Shown in pieces: positions 18,329-28,540 of a stretch of 53,110 nt of DNA. The translations under genes and the position numbers were made by a program. Within the stretch, counting starts at the first letter, position 1. Every line of letters begins with the position of its first letter. This DNA is from Actinomycetota bacterium. Its GTDB lineage: Bacteria > Actinomycetota > Actinomycetes > S36-B12 > UBA5976. The notes beneath the pieces are model-generated. The model was given only the letters and a program-made list of their open reading frames with translations, was not told the DNA's origin and ran no database searches. Where the stretch lies: NCBI GenBank assembly GCA_026393095.1, contig JAPLAV010000019.1:1-53110 (forward strand), read 5' to 3'.

Positions 18329-19573
18329 CTAGCTAACTCTCCTTAAGAAACGTTTGGATTTTGGCGGTTTTGAAACTTCATTTCTTACCAGATTAGAGAT
18401 TTTGTTAAAGATTCCAACTATTTCCCCATCTCCCAAATTCAATACAGATTCAGCCTTCAACCAACTTCCTGCAAATAATTCTGGACGGTCAGGAATTCTC
18501 TGAATTTGCTCTGGGTTTGTCCATCTGCCTAATATTGCTTCCACAGTTGACTCATACTTTGTCCCTAGATTGAAACTATTAACTTTATTCAGAACTATCA
18601 ATGGTTCTCGTTTATAAATTTCGCTAAGTGCTTCAAGAGATTCACTAGATCTTATTAGGCCCAATGGGTTGGCGTTCAACACAAATATCAATTGTGACGA
18701 TAATTCTAGAACTTTTGGAATGTGATCAAAGCGTCTAAAGATATCAAGATTGTTTAAATTTGGATCTAAAGTCTCAGGTAAAACAGCACTTAGGTCACAA
18801 ACAATATTGGGATAAATTTGAGAAGCTTGTTTAAGTACCTGTATTAATCCTTCGGTCCTTAACTCAGGCCACCTTTTAGGATTTGTTATTCCAGTTAATA
18901 CATGCAGCCCAGAATTGACTTCGATTACATTCTTTTCAAAAGATTGAATATTAAGTTTTCCCTTTAGAGCATCATGAATTACTGAAGAAATTCCCGGTAC
19001 TTCGCTAACAATTCCTAGGGATGCGGCAATGCTTGGTGCAACTACATCTAAATCAATTAACAATGTTGGAGAATTTTTATTAGCCAAACTAAAAGCAAGG
19101 TTGATTGCTGTTGTAGTTCTGCCAGGAGATCCGCTTATTCCCCAAACATTTATTAACCCTGGAATCTGTGTTAATTCTTCTAGTCCTGAGCTGAATTTAT
19201 CTATTTCGGTGATGTTTGATAATTGTGAAACTAGGGGCTTTAAGGACTTATTGTTATCAGAAGCGTTGATTGCAAAATTAGTCGAAACTCCAATGTTTTT
19301 AAGTTTCTCCGCGCTATCCAAATCATCTTGTAGATAAATACCATAAATATCGCAACCTAATTTCTTCGCGTTGACAATAGTTTCAATATTTAAGTTTGGA
19401 AAATCTACACTCACAACTACTTTATTTGCTAAACCTAAATGAATTGCAGACATCAGATCAACTGAATCAACACATCTTCTTTTAATCTTTAATTGATTTT
19501 GTTCATTGATATTTGACATCACTTCTAGTTGCCAGGTTTCATTTGTGAGAGCCAGTAAAATATTAATTTTCAC
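18329..19573 (-). CDS. ParA/MinD/CpaE-like P-loop ATPase with N-terminal receiver-like domain
   Basis: Deviant Walker A WGISGSPGRTT, LLIDLD, VCD, VLNKV. Start set at GTG 19573, overlapping the SAF gene stop. Confidence 0.75.
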   Translation of the reverse strand: MKINILLALTNETWQLEVMSNINEQNQLKIKRRCVDSVDLMSAIHLGLANKVVVSVDFPNLNIETIVNAKKLGCDIYGIYLQDDLDSAEKLKNIGVSTNFAINASDNNKSLKPLVSQLSNITEIDKFSSGLEELTQIPGLINVWGISGSPGRTTTAINLAFSLANKNSPTLLIDLDVVAPSIAASLGIVSEVPGISSVIHDALKGKLNIQSFEKNVIEVNSGLHVLTGITNPKRWPELRTEGLIQVLKQASQIYPNIVCDLSAVLPETLDPNLNNLDIFRRFDHIPKVLELSSQLIFVLNANPLGLIRSSESLEALSEIYKREPLIVLNKVNSFNLGTKYESTVEAILGRWTNPEQIQRIPDRPELFAGSWLKAESVLNLGDGEIVGIFNKISNLVRNEVSKPPKSKRFLRRVS

Positions 19574-20177
19574 GTTGTACCAAATCGATTCCATCTGTCC
19601 TCGCTGAAGTAACTAGCTGCAGCACGTTTGCTTCAGGTACAGCAACCACCACAGTTGTGACTCCTCCAAAGTTTGAGTTAATTTCATCTACCCACACAAC
19701 CGATGTTTTTGGAATAATTAACGTTGAACTCATTTTTATTGGATCACTAAACCAGATATCGACCCAATCATTAGTTTTTAAAGATGGTGGTAAATGACCA
19801 TTCGAGATACTAAGAGCTACATTTCTTAGATTTGACTTAGTTCCTATATTTTCAGGTCTTAATAGATGTCCAGGTGCCAATGGCTCCAAAGCAGATTTGC
19901 CAATTACTTCACTTTCTTTATTTAAGTAATTACTAGCAACTTGCCCTAAATCAACTCTGATTAATTCAACATTTTGCTCATCAATAACTTGTCCAGCTGC
20001 AATTGAGGTTGAACTGACCCATACTTCTTGCCTTTTGCCTGCTTGCTCTGCATTGAAATAAAGTGCCAAACTGGCAATTAAAGATGTGGCCAAACCCGCA
20101 ATCATATAAATTTTTTGAGAATTCTTTAGTTTCAACTGACTAGATTTTTGTATTCCATTTTTCTTTAACTTAATCAT
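19563..20177 (-). CDS. SAF-domain protein (CpaB/FlgA-like) with N-terminal TM helix
   Basis: TM helix, then VWVSSTSIAAGQVI...L...G....L.PG.LL (SAF), then D.VD.W and VVVAVP (RcpC-like). Confidence 0.7.
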   Translation of the reverse strand: MIKLKKNGIQKSSQLKLKNSQKIYMIAGLATSLIASLALYFNAEQAGKRQEVWVSSTSIAAGQVIDEQNVELIRVDLGQVASNYLNKESEVIGKSALEPLAPGHLLRPENIGTKSNLRNVALSISNGHLPPSLKTNDWVDIWFSDPIKMSSTLIIPKTSVVWVDEINSNFGGVTTVVVAVPEANVLQLVTSARTDGIDLVQREN

Positions 20178-20706
20178 TGATATCTCTATCTTTACTAATA
20201 TATGCGATATTTTGATTAAAGAATGAGATTACTGAGTTATTGCAACTGAGATCAAAATGATCTAAGTACACTCCAAGTATTTTTCCTGAAATTACTTTTT
20301 TACTTTCTAGATGTACCGCAATCTGATTCTGCTCCATTTGATTAGACCTTAATAGGGATTGAAAATTCCACTTGCTTTGAAGAATTGTGGGCGGAATAGA
20401 TTTATTACCTAGATCTTTAATTGCTTGAATTGACCAATTGGGAATTGCTAGTTCTTTCTCGCCAATTTCCAAACAAATATGATCTGCTGCAATTTCTAAT
20501 AGAATTCCTGTGAAGTTGTCTCGAGATTTAACTTCTATTGTTATCTCACTGTTTACTTTTGTTCGTAATCGATCGAATAAAGTTTGCTGAAAGTGCTCGG
20601 TTCTAATTTGGGACTGAAGTGAAAAGCTATCTTTTTGCATCAGAAAACTGCTTGCCTGAAGTTCAAGATTTCGCTCTAGTTCAAAAAGATAATTATCATT
20701 CACCAA
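20170..20706 (-). CDS. Hypothetical protein with two Sm-like beta repeats
   Basis: Two internal repeats (ITIEV...FTGILLEIAADHICL..IP..SI / IAVHL...ISGKILGVYLDHFDL..FF..NI). First gene of a translationally coupled trio. Confidence 0.65.
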   Translation of the reverse strand: MVNDNYLFELERNLELQASSFLMQKDSFSLQSQIRTEHFQQTLFDRLRTKVNSEITIEVKSRDNFTGILLEIAADHICLEIGEKELAIPNWSIQAIKDLGNKSIPPTILQSKWNFQSLLRSNQMEQNQIAVHLESKKVISGKILGVYLDHFDLSCNNSVISFFNQNIAYISKDRDIND

Positions 20707-20851
20707 AGCATTGTTAAATACTTATTCTTTCGCTTCAATCTAAATGGGGCAAATATGTCCTAGTAAACCGAAAGGATTACTTAGTTTGACCAATATTGAT
20801 TTTTGTTTCATCTTTATCACTCAATTTTCAAAATAATCATGGGGAGCTTAA

Positions 20852-21331
20852 TTGAAGATAATAAAGAGTGAAAAACAAACAATAGGTCAAGTTCTTTTGC
20901 ACTTAAGCCCAGTTGCTATCAAGGGAAGCAAATGGATTCAAACAGAAATTGATTTACAAATGACAATTTCTCCCAATAGGCCAAACTACTCATTCAAAAC
21001 TGTAAATGGATTACCAGAACCAGAAGCTTGGACTAAACAATTAGCTACTGGAATTGCTGAAGTCTTGGTTGGTGAAAGACCAGTATTTCAATTAATGCGC
21101 TGGGTCTCTTTTGATGTTTACCGCGAAATTGACAGACAAATTCAACCTAAAAATGAATTGCATGCAAAACGATCAAGACCATTTGTAAGAAGTTTAAGAA
21201 TTGAGACACCAAGTGAAAAAGTGGTAGAGGCAACAGCTGTAATCCAAAAAGGTATTCGAGGACGAGGAATGGGTTTAAGACTAGAAGCAGAAAACGATCG
21301 CTGGCGTTGTACCCAACTTTTAGTTGCTTAG
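20852..21331 (+). CDS. Rv3235-family protein
   Basis: [15 protein letters not shown]...VVEATAV...R.RGMGLRLE...RWRCTQL; convergent with secA, the usual position of this family. Confidence 0.75.
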   Translation: MKIIKSEKQTIGQVLLHLSPVAIKGSKWIQTEIDLQMTISPNRPNYSFKTVNGLPEPEAWTKQLATGIAEVLVGERPVFQLMRWVSFDVYREIDRQIQPKNELHAKRSRPFVRSLRIETPSEKVVEATAVIQKGIRGRGMGLRLEAENDRWRCTQLLVA

Positions 21332-24024
21332 TTACTTGCTCCGTGGCAACGTTTATATTTCTTTCCTGAACCACAAGGACACAGTTCGTTTCTACCAACT
21401 TCTGCAACCCCACTTGCTTTAACTACTTGGGATGCTGGAGCAACTTCGCCATCAATGGAAGGTGCGCTATAGGAAAGATTTTGTTGTTTCTCAACTTTCG
21501 TGAATCCCTTTGCTTCAACTGATTCTTGATTTTCCTGAACTTGAACTTGGGCATTAAAAGTGAATCCGACTACTTGTTCTTTAATTGCTTCCATCATGAC
21601 AACAAATAAGTCGTATCCTTCTTTTTGGTACTCAACTAAAGGATCTCTTTGTCCCATAGCGCGAAGTCCGATACCTTCTTGTAAGTAATCCATTTCATAT
21701 AAATGTTCGCGCCATTTTCTATCAAGCACACTAAGTACTACTTGGCGTTCTAATTCACGCATCACTTTTGGAGTCAAGAGTGCTTCTCGTGTTCTATAAG
21801 CTTGAGCCGCATCTTTTCTAAAAGCATCTAACAAAACTTCTTGATCAATAGAACCACCATTTTGTTGTTTCAAAGTGTCTAGAGAAATAGCTATTGGATA
21901 CAGATTCTTAAGGGCCAGTGTTAACTGGTCTAGATCCCATTGCTCTGGGTAACCTTCACTAGTTGCAGCTAGAACGTAGGCTTGAATGGTTTCGTCAATG
22001 AATTCAAGTATTTGTTCCGATAAGTCTTGGCCTTCTAAAACTCTTGATCGTTCGGCATAAATTACTTGACGTTGTCTGTTTAAAACTTCATCATATTTAA
22101 GAACGTTTTTTCTAATTTCAAAGTTTTGTTGTTCAACTTGTGTTTGAGCATTTCTAATGGCTGTTGTAACCATTTTTGCTTCAATAGGAACATCGTCTGG
22201 AACATTAAATCTTCTTAAGAATGCATCAACTAATTCGCCCTTAAATCTTCGCATCAGTTCGTCTTGTAAAGATAGGTAAAATCTTGATTCGCCAGGATCT
22301 CCTTGACGACCAGATCTTCCTCTTAACTGATTATCAATTCGTCTTGATTCATGTCTTTCTGTTCCTAATACATAAAGTCCACCTAAGGCAGATACTTCGT
22401 TATGTTCTGCTTCAACTCTTTGCGCAGCTAGTTTTACTTCTTCAATGTATGCGTGGTTATAAGCATCTAAATCAACATCAGGGTCTAAACCTTTTTGCAT
22501 TAAGGCAGCATTTGCCAGGAATTCAGGATTTCCACCCAGCATGATGTCTGTTCCTCGACCTGCCATATTTGTGGCAACTGTTACTGAACCTTTGCGACCA
22601 GCTTGCGCAACAATTGCAGCTTCGCGTTCGTGATTCTTAGCATTCAATACTTCGTGTGGAATGCCACGTTTTTTTAGTAAACCGCTTAAATATTCTGATC
22701 TTTCAACAGAAGTTGTTCCCACTAAAACTGGTTGACCTTTTTCATGTCGAGCAAACAAATCTTCCACAACTGCAATAAATTTTGCTTCTTCGGTTCTATA
22801 AATTAAATCTGATTGATCTTTTCTAATCATTGATTTATTAGTTGGAATTTGGACAACCCCAAGTTTGTAAATCTTGTCAAATTCTGCAGCCTCTGTCATC
22901 GCTGTTCCAGTCATACCGGAAAGCTTTGAATACATTCTGAAATAATTTTGTAGAGTAATTGTTGCTAAAGTTTGATTTTCTTGTTTGATTTCAACATTTT
23001 CTTTTGCCTCAATAGCTTGATGCATTCCTTCGTTATATCTACGTCCTTGAAGCATTCTTCCTGTGTGTTCATCAACGATTAATACTTCGCCATTCATCAC
23101 TACATAGTCTTTATCGCGTTTGAATAATTCTTTTGCTTTTAATGCATTGTTTAGATAACCGATTAAAGGAGTATTTACAGATTCATAAAGGTTGTCTATT
23201 TTAAGTGATTTCTCAACTGTGGCAATACCTTCTTCTAAAACACCTACAGTTCTTTTTCGAATATCTACTTCATAATCTTTACCAGGCTGCATTGTGCTAA
23301 CAATTCGAGCAAAATCTTTATAGTAAGCATTTGTGCCATCAACTGGTCCGCTGATAATTAATGGAGTTCTTGCTTCGTCAATCAAAATAGAGTCGACTTC
23401 GTCAACAACGGCGAAGTTGTAGCCACGTTGAACGCGATCTGCTGGAGACCAGGCCATGTTGTCTCTTAAATAATCAAAACCAAATTCATTATTTGTTCCA
23501 TAAGTGATGTCACATAGATATGCACCTCTTCTATCTGCACTTTCCATATTGGGGCTAATTGTGCCAACGGTTAATCCTAAGAAGCGATGAATTCTTCCCA
23601 TCCATTCAGCATCTCGATGAGCAAGATAATCATTAACGGTTACAACATGTACACCTTTGCCACTTAAAGCATTTAAATATGCTGGCAATGTTGATACAAG
23701 AGTTTTTCCTTCACCGGTTCTCATTTCAGAAATATTTCCAAGATGAAGAGCTGCTCCACCCATTAATTGCACGTCGTAATGTCTTTGCCCAAGAGTTCGT
23801 AAGGATGCTTCTCTTACTGTGGCAAAAGCTTCTGGCAATAAGTCATCTAGTGATTCACCATTTTGAACACGTTGTTTGTAAGAACTTGTTAAGGATTTAA
23901 GTTGTTCATCACTTAGTTTTTTGATATCTGATTCAAGGGCATTTACTTGTTTGGCAAGACTTTCTAATTTGCGCAGGATTCGACCCTCTCCTGCACGCAA
24001 TATCTTGTCCAGCACTAAAACCAC
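21328..24024 (-). CDS. secA: Preprotein translocase ATPase SecA
   Basis: [43 protein letters not shown]-terminal [18 protein letters not shown]. Confidence 0.98.
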   Translation of the reverse strand: MVLVLDKILRAGEGRILRKLESLAKQVNALESDIKKLSDEQLKSLTSSYKQRVQNGESLDDLLPEAFATVREASLRTLGQRHYDVQLMGGAALHLGNISEMRTGEGKTLVSTLPAYLNALSGKGVHVVTVNDYLAHRDAEWMGRIHRFLGLTVGTISPNMESADRRGAYLCDITYGTNNEFGFDYLRDNMAWSPADRVQRGYNFAVVDEVDSILIDEARTPLIISGPVDGTNAYYKDFARIVSTMQPGKDYEVDIRKRTVGVLEEGIATVEKSLKIDNLYESVNTPLIGYLNNALKAKELFKRDKDYVVMNGEVLIVDEHTGRMLQGRRYNEGMHQAIEAKENVEIKQENQTLATITLQNYFRMYSKLSGMTGTAMTEAAEFDKIYKLGVVQIPTNKSMIRKDQSDLIYRTEEAKFIAVVEDLFARHEKGQPVLVGTTSVERSEYLSGLLKKRGIPHEVLNAKNHEREAAIVAQAGRKGSVTVATNMAGRGTDIMLGGNPEFLANAALMQKGLDPDVDLDAYNHAYIEEVKLAAQRVEAEHNEVSALGGLYVLGTERHESRRIDNQLRGRSGRQGDPGESRFYLSLQDELMRRFKGELVDAFLRRFNVPDDVPIEAKMVTTAIRNAQTQVEQQNFEIRKNVLKYDEVLNRQRQVIYAERSRVLEGQDLSEQILEFIDETIQAYVLAATSEGYPEQWDLDQLTLALKNLYPIAISLDTLKQQNGGSIDQEVLLDAFRKDAAQAYRTREALLTPKVMRELERQVVLSVLDRKWREHLYEMDYLQEGIGLRAMGQRDPLVEYQKEGYDLFVVMMEAIKEQVVGFTFNAQVQVQENQESVEAKGFTKVEKQQNLSYSAPSIDGEVAPASQVVKASGVAEVGRNELCPCGSGKKYKRCHGASN

Positions 24025-24105
24025 GATTATTTTCCTTTAATTAGCAGTGTCTGAAGTAAGCCAAGTCCTATGTTACGCAATTGCACTTTATCCAAATCTA
24101 AAGAC

Positions 24106-24468
24106 CTATATTCCCTTTAATTTGCTCACATCAGACGCAGACAAAACAGAATCATCCCGATGTCTATGGAATCGTCGTCGATCTGCGGTTTTTCGCAGTT
24201 GTTCCACCAATCTCTTCATTGCATGGTCCAAACAAGAATTCATATCAGATCCTTCTGATTGTGATCGAAGGTTAGTACCAGCACCTTTAGCTGTTAAATC
24301 TATTTGAAATTCAACTTTCTTTTGTCTCTTGTTTTCTCGATGAGTAACTTCAACATCTAATAGGGCAATATTGATTCCAAATTTTTCTAATTTGGCACTT
24401 TGTTTAATGACATATTCTTTGAAATCATCTTTTATATCTGCGTGTCTTCCGTGAATCACAATTTCCAC
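24106..24468 (-). CDS. hpf: Ribosome hibernation factor HPF/RaiA (short form)
   Basis: IVIHGRH, K...LEKF, D.A..RL.EQLRK; conserved position between comF and secA. GTG 24468 follows GAGGT. Confidence 0.8.
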   Translation of the reverse strand: MEIVIHGRHADIKDDFKEYVIKQSAKLEKFGINIALLDVEVTHRENKRQKKVEFQIDLTAKGAGTNLRSQSEGSDMNSCLDHAMKRLVEQLRKTADRRRFHRHRDDSVLSASDVSKLKGI

Positions 24469-24543
24469 AACACACCTCAATCTGATTACTTTAGTCTAAT
24501 GCATTTGGCTTATCGACCTGTTTACTGAGCAGTTATAGGCAGA

Positions 24544-25179
24544 TTAGTGATTCGAGGCTAAAATAACGCAAGCTTTGATTTTAATCTTTTTTGCTCTTAA
24601 AGCAAAAATACTCTGAGTAATTGAAGTGCCTGTAGTGATTAAATCATCAACAATAATTACTGGTTTTATTTCTGCAAAGTTAGCTTTAAAGGCACTTTCT
24701 GTGTTCAATTTTCGCTGTTGAAAGTTTAAACTTGCTTGATCTTGTCTTTCTCTACAATTGATGAGCAATCGTTTTTCGTAAATAAATCTCTTGCCAGCTA
24801 ACAAGCAAGCTGTCTCAGTCATCAAACTAATTGGATCAAATCCTCTTTTTTGAAGAGCTTTGTTTGTACTCGGAACATTGACTACTTTTACTTGCTGATG
24901 TTTAGAAAAGAACCTTAGTCCAACTGAAATAACTTTTGAAAAAGGTTGTACAAGATTTGACACTCCCTCATCTTTATATGAAGTTATTAATTCCGAAAAG
25001 GTCTTATCCTTTGTTGTCATTGTCAAAATTGGAACACATTGAATGTATTGTATTTTTGCTAGGTCTAAATTCGAAATTAAACATTCATGGCAAATTATCT
25101 CTTCGACTTTTCCACAGAAATAGCAGTAATTCTGTGATAAAAGACCGGTTAGATCACTTATGAAAGAGTTGAGTTGCAT
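24544..25179 (-). CDS. comF: ComF family protein (zinc ribbon plus PRTase-like domain)
   Basis: CYFC...ICHEC, RGFD, Q..L....R..N, IIVDDLITTG. Confidence 0.85.
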   Translation of the reverse strand: MQLNSFISDLTGLLSQNYCYFCGKVEEIICHECLISNLDLAKIQYIQCVPILTMTTKDKTFSELITSYKDEGVSNLVQPFSKVISVGLRFFSKHQQVKVVNVPSTNKALQKRGFDPISLMTETACLLAGKRFIYEKRLLINCRERQDQASLNFQQRKLNTESAFKANFAEIKPVIIVDDLITTGTSITQSIFALRAKKIKIKACVILASNH

Positions 25180-25230
25180 TAATGAATCTTGAATTAATTA
25201 AAGATATTTATAAATCAGCAGTTATAGAAT

Positions 25231-25256
25231 TGTGGAAAAATACGCCTTGTGGATAA
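25231..25256 (-). promoter_or_regulatory. Two tandem DnaA boxes upstream of comF
   Basis: TGTGGATAA at 25248-25256 (perfect TTATCCACA on minus) and TGTGGAAAA at 25231-25239 (1 mismatch). Confidence 0.6.
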
Positions 25257-26924
25257 TTATCCTGGGTAAGCCGCGTTTACCAAATTTCCTCTACTAATCC
25301 ATTCGCCGCTAATTCTTTCCAGAATAGATCCGTCTTCTAGAGTCAAATACGTTGGTTTCTTAATAACACTTGCAAGATTTCGTGAACCAATTTGAGAATA
25401 AAGTGATTTAGAAAATCCCGTGAAGGAATCGATTGAGTAGATATTTGCTGGTTCCGAGAAATTGTCTAGGTATAAGACAATTTCGGAATCCTGCCATGTT
25501 GCTTGCGCAACTGAATATCCATCTCTAATTAATTTTCTGACATTAATAATTTTTATACTCTGATCGTCTCTAACAATCGTGCCTATTCGTAATTCAGTTC
25601 CATAAACAGTGTTAGTAATAAGCAAAGCTCTAACTCCATCGGGTGAAGGAATAACATCAATTACATTTTGTTTATCAATACCATCAATAGATACATTAAT
25701 CACCCGATTTTTTTGAATGACAGAAATTTGGTTTACCCCTGTGACCCAAATGGCGTCAAAAATATCTGAATGAGGAATTCTAAATCCTTGACCTTCAACT
25801 ATTACACGTCTGGGGGTTTCAGCAGAACTATTTTGCACCACAAGTTTAGTTCTATCTTCTGTTACAGCGGCTAAAATATTTTCATCTCTATTTGCAGTTG
25901 CTGCAAACCATCTACCTGAATTGAAATAATCATCAGAAATTGCTGAAACCAATTCGGTACTGATTCTGAAAATCTTTCCATCTTGAATTGCTAAAGCATC
26001 AGCTTCACGATTGGAGTCAGGTGAGAACTTTTCCCAAAGTGTCATGCTTTGTCTAATTGGAGTATTTGGAACAATTAACGATTGACTACCAACATTTATT
26101 CTCACTGTTCTGATTTCAGGGATCCTTGAAAGTGTTTTAACAATTTGAGCAGATAAAACTTCTCTCAAGAATGGCTCGGCATTTAATACTGATTCATTCA
26201 AGGAAACGGTGGCTAAGCCGTTATTTATTGGAACCGAATTTATTGCCAAAGTAGTCCCAACTGGGAATGCTGATCTAACTGCTCCAGTTAGATTTTCGCC
26301 AGGTCCTGCCAGAAGTAATTGCATGAGCCTGGTTGCATTTCCTGTTGTTGATCTAGGTAAAACCACTATGTCTGGAGTGAGAGTTTTAAGTGATGAATCA
26401 GGAAACCAAAGTGGAAATGTCGTGAAACTTCTATTTAAATCTGCGCGAGAAATCAATAGACCTTTGATATCTAAATTGATTCTCCACTCATTATCTACTT
26501 TCTTTAACCTAAATTCTTGGACTAATTGAGAATCTGGTTCGCTCAATGTAATTCTTGATCGATCATCAATAACAGAATTGAGTGGAGCCGTAAAAACTGC
26601 GGAATTACTTTGAGTTAAGTTAAGTCGACCTTGTCCTTCATAAACTTGAATCTGTTGTGTTGGTTGCCAAGTATCTTGTAACTCTGGAATGAGATATTCC
26701 CTAGCAATTTTAAAATCATTTTCACTTGATGCTGATGCGTTTAGAAAACCTGAAACTATTTCCTCGGGGGTCATTCCTTCTTGTGGCAAACTTGCAATTA
26801 CACGAACAATTGAACCTTCTGGAACTGAACCTAATATTGAGCCTTCTTGAATTGAACTATTTTTAGGAATATTTCCACAAGCAACTAAAGCTAAAGAAAT
26901 TAAAACGATGAAATACTTTTTCAT
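25257..26924 (-). CDS. lpqB: Lipoprotein LpqB (GerMN plus beta-propeller)
   Basis: Lipobox LVAC, GFLNA, LLAGP...AVRSAFP.GT, SPDGVRA, ends YPG; downstream of mtrB. Confidence 0.88.
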   Translation of the reverse strand: MKKYFIVLISLALVACGNIPKNSSIQEGSILGSVPEGSIVRVIASLPQEGMTPEEIVSGFLNASASSENDFKIAREYLIPELQDTWQPTQQIQVYEGQGRLNLTQSNSAVFTAPLNSVIDDRSRITLSEPDSQLVQEFRLKKVDNEWRINLDIKGLLISRADLNRSFTTFPLWFPDSSLKTLTPDIVVLPRSTTGNATRLMQLLLAGPGENLTGAVRSAFPVGTTLAINSVPINNGLATVSLNESVLNAEPFLREVLSAQIVKTLSRIPEIRTVRINVGSQSLIVPNTPIRQSMTLWEKFSPDSNREADALAIQDGKIFRISTELVSAISDDYFNSGRWFAATANRDENILAAVTEDRTKLVVQNSSAETPRRVIVEGQGFRIPHSDIFDAIWVTGVNQISVIQKNRVINVSIDGIDKQNVIDVIPSPDGVRALLITNTVYGTELRIGTIVRDDQSIKIINVRKLIRDGYSVAQATWQDSEIVLYLDNFSEPANIYSIDSFTGFSKSLYSQIGSRNLASVIKKPTYLTLEDGSILERISGEWISRGNLVNAAYPG

Positions 26925-28540
26925 TGTTTAGCAATCTTTGTATCAGGATCAAGCATTTCTTGAAGAGCAGACATATCTAATTCATATTTTTCTTCGCTAC
27001 CTATTCCTAGTGGCAATGAAGAGCTACTGATTGCTTTATGTGCAATTCTGGGCAAAGTCAATCGAAACATTGTTCCTTTACCAGGAGAGCCCCAAACATC
27101 AATCCAACCTGAATGCAATCTTGCATCTTCTAAAGCAATCGCTAAACCTAAACCTGTTCCACCTGTTGTTCTGGCGCGCGCAGGATCTGCTCTCCAGAAT
27201 CTATTAAATACAAGAGAGGACTCTCCTGGTTCTAAACCTGGACCTTTATCCTTAACAACTACCGCAATGGTGTCTTCGTCACTTCCAATTTCAACTTCAA
27301 TCGGTTTTCCTTCGCCATATTCTGATGCATTAGAAATGAGATTTCTTAACACTCTTTCAATTCTTCTTTGATCTAATTCAATCTCTGGAGCACTTCCCGT
27401 GATAACAACAGGAGTTTCTTGTTTAGCTAACAAATTTGAAAGAGAGTCAGCAGTCTTTTCGATAACATCTTTTATGTTGACCATATTTAGACTTAAATCT
27501 GCAGCTCCTGCATCAAATCTACTTATTTCTAATAATTGTGAAAGCAAAATTTCGAATCTCTCAATTTGAGTGCTTAATAACTCTGCAGCTCTAGCGGTTT
27601 CTCCCGTGTATTGATCCCGTGATTCGTATAGAACATCTGCAGCCATTCGCACTGTTGTTAATGGAGTTCTAAGTTCGTGGGAAACATCCGAAACGAATCT
27701 TTTTTGCATTCGAGACATTTGCTCTAATTGACCGATTTGGTGCTGAATAGATGCAGCCATTGAGTTGAAGGAACCCGCTAATTTAGCTAAATCATCTTCT
27801 CCACTAACTGGCACTCGTTCATTTAGTAAACCCATACGTAATCGCTCTGCTGCGTCAGCAGTTTTACGCACCGGCGACAACACAGATCTAGTCAAATACC
27901 AAACCAATATTAGAAGTCCAAAAATTAAGAATATTCCTGTTGCTAATACTGCAGAGCGAATAATTCCGATGGTTTCTTCTTCTTTATCAAGTGGAAAGAG
28001 TAAGAACAAGGAATAGTTTTCTACGTTGTTAATTTTGATTGGTGCTGCTACAACAAGTCCTGGAATTTTTCGACCATCTAAGTAATTAATCTCGGTGTAA
28101 GCCCAAAGTAATTTTTCAGTCTTTTCAACTCGACTTCTTAAATCTTCACTTACACTATTTTCAGCTACTAGATTTGTTCCCCGCTCAGGCAAACCTTGTT
28201 TAGAAATGTCAGAAGATGCTAAAAATAAAACATCATAAAGTCCAGATTGACCTGCTCTAACCGCTAAAGCTGTAACAGCTGTGTCGACAACCGTTGAAAT
28301 ATTTGGCGCACCAGCTCCGGTGTCAGTTGCTGTTACGACTTTTTGAGCTTCATTTATTGCCGATGAGGCTTCTGTAATTGAAGATGATTCTTTAGAAGTA
28401 AGAATTCCTGATGAAACTCGATTGATAAGGATAAGTCCAATAACTGTTACCAAAATGGTAGAAACGATGAAAGTTGTAGCAATAATTCTTAAACTTAAAG
28501 ACTTATTCCACGCTTGTTTAAATTGATAAAAATACTTCAC
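26921..28540 (-). CDS. mtrB: Sensor histidine kinase MtrB
   Basis: Two TM helices, HAMP domain, SDVSHELRTPLTT, RFWRADPARARTTGGTGLGLAI. Confidence 0.95.
   Translation of the reverse strand: MKYFYQFKQAWNKSLSLRIIATTFIVSTILVTVIGLILINRVSSGILTSKESSSITEASSAINEAQKVVTATDTGAGAPNISTVVDTAVTALAVRAGQSGLYDVLFLASSDISKQGLPERGTNLVAENSVSEDLRSRVEKTEKLLWAYTEINYLDGRKIPGLVVAAPIKINNVENYSLFLLFPLDKEEETIGIIRSAVLATGIFLIFGLLILVWYLTRSVLSPVRKTADAAERLRMGLLNERVPVSGEDDLAKLAGSFNSMAASIQHQIGQLEQMSRMQKRFVSDVSHELRTPLTTVRMAADVLYESRDQYTGETARAAELLSTQIERFEILLSQLLEISRFDAGAADLSLNMVNIKDVIEKTADSLSNLLAKQETPVVITGSAPEIELDQRRIERVLRNLISNASEYGEGKPIEVEIGSDEDTIAVVVKDKGPGLEPGESSLVFNRFWRADPARARTTGGTGLGLAIALEDARLHSGWIDVWGSPGKGTMFRLTLPRIAHKAISSSSLPLGIGSEEKYELDMSALQEMLDPDTKIAKQ

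Noticed and set aside
18329-20177. Complete Tad/Flp pilus or flagellar locus
   Set aside because: No TadA ATPase, TadB/C, pilin or flagellar genes in the window.
20762-20781. GAAA-capped hairpin as a possible sRNA
   Set aside because: A single short imperfect stem in a divergent promoter region is not enough evidence.
25180-25256. oriC
   Set aside because: Only 2-3 boxes in under 80 bp of intergenic DNA and no dnaA/dnaN nearby; kept as a regulatory site instead.
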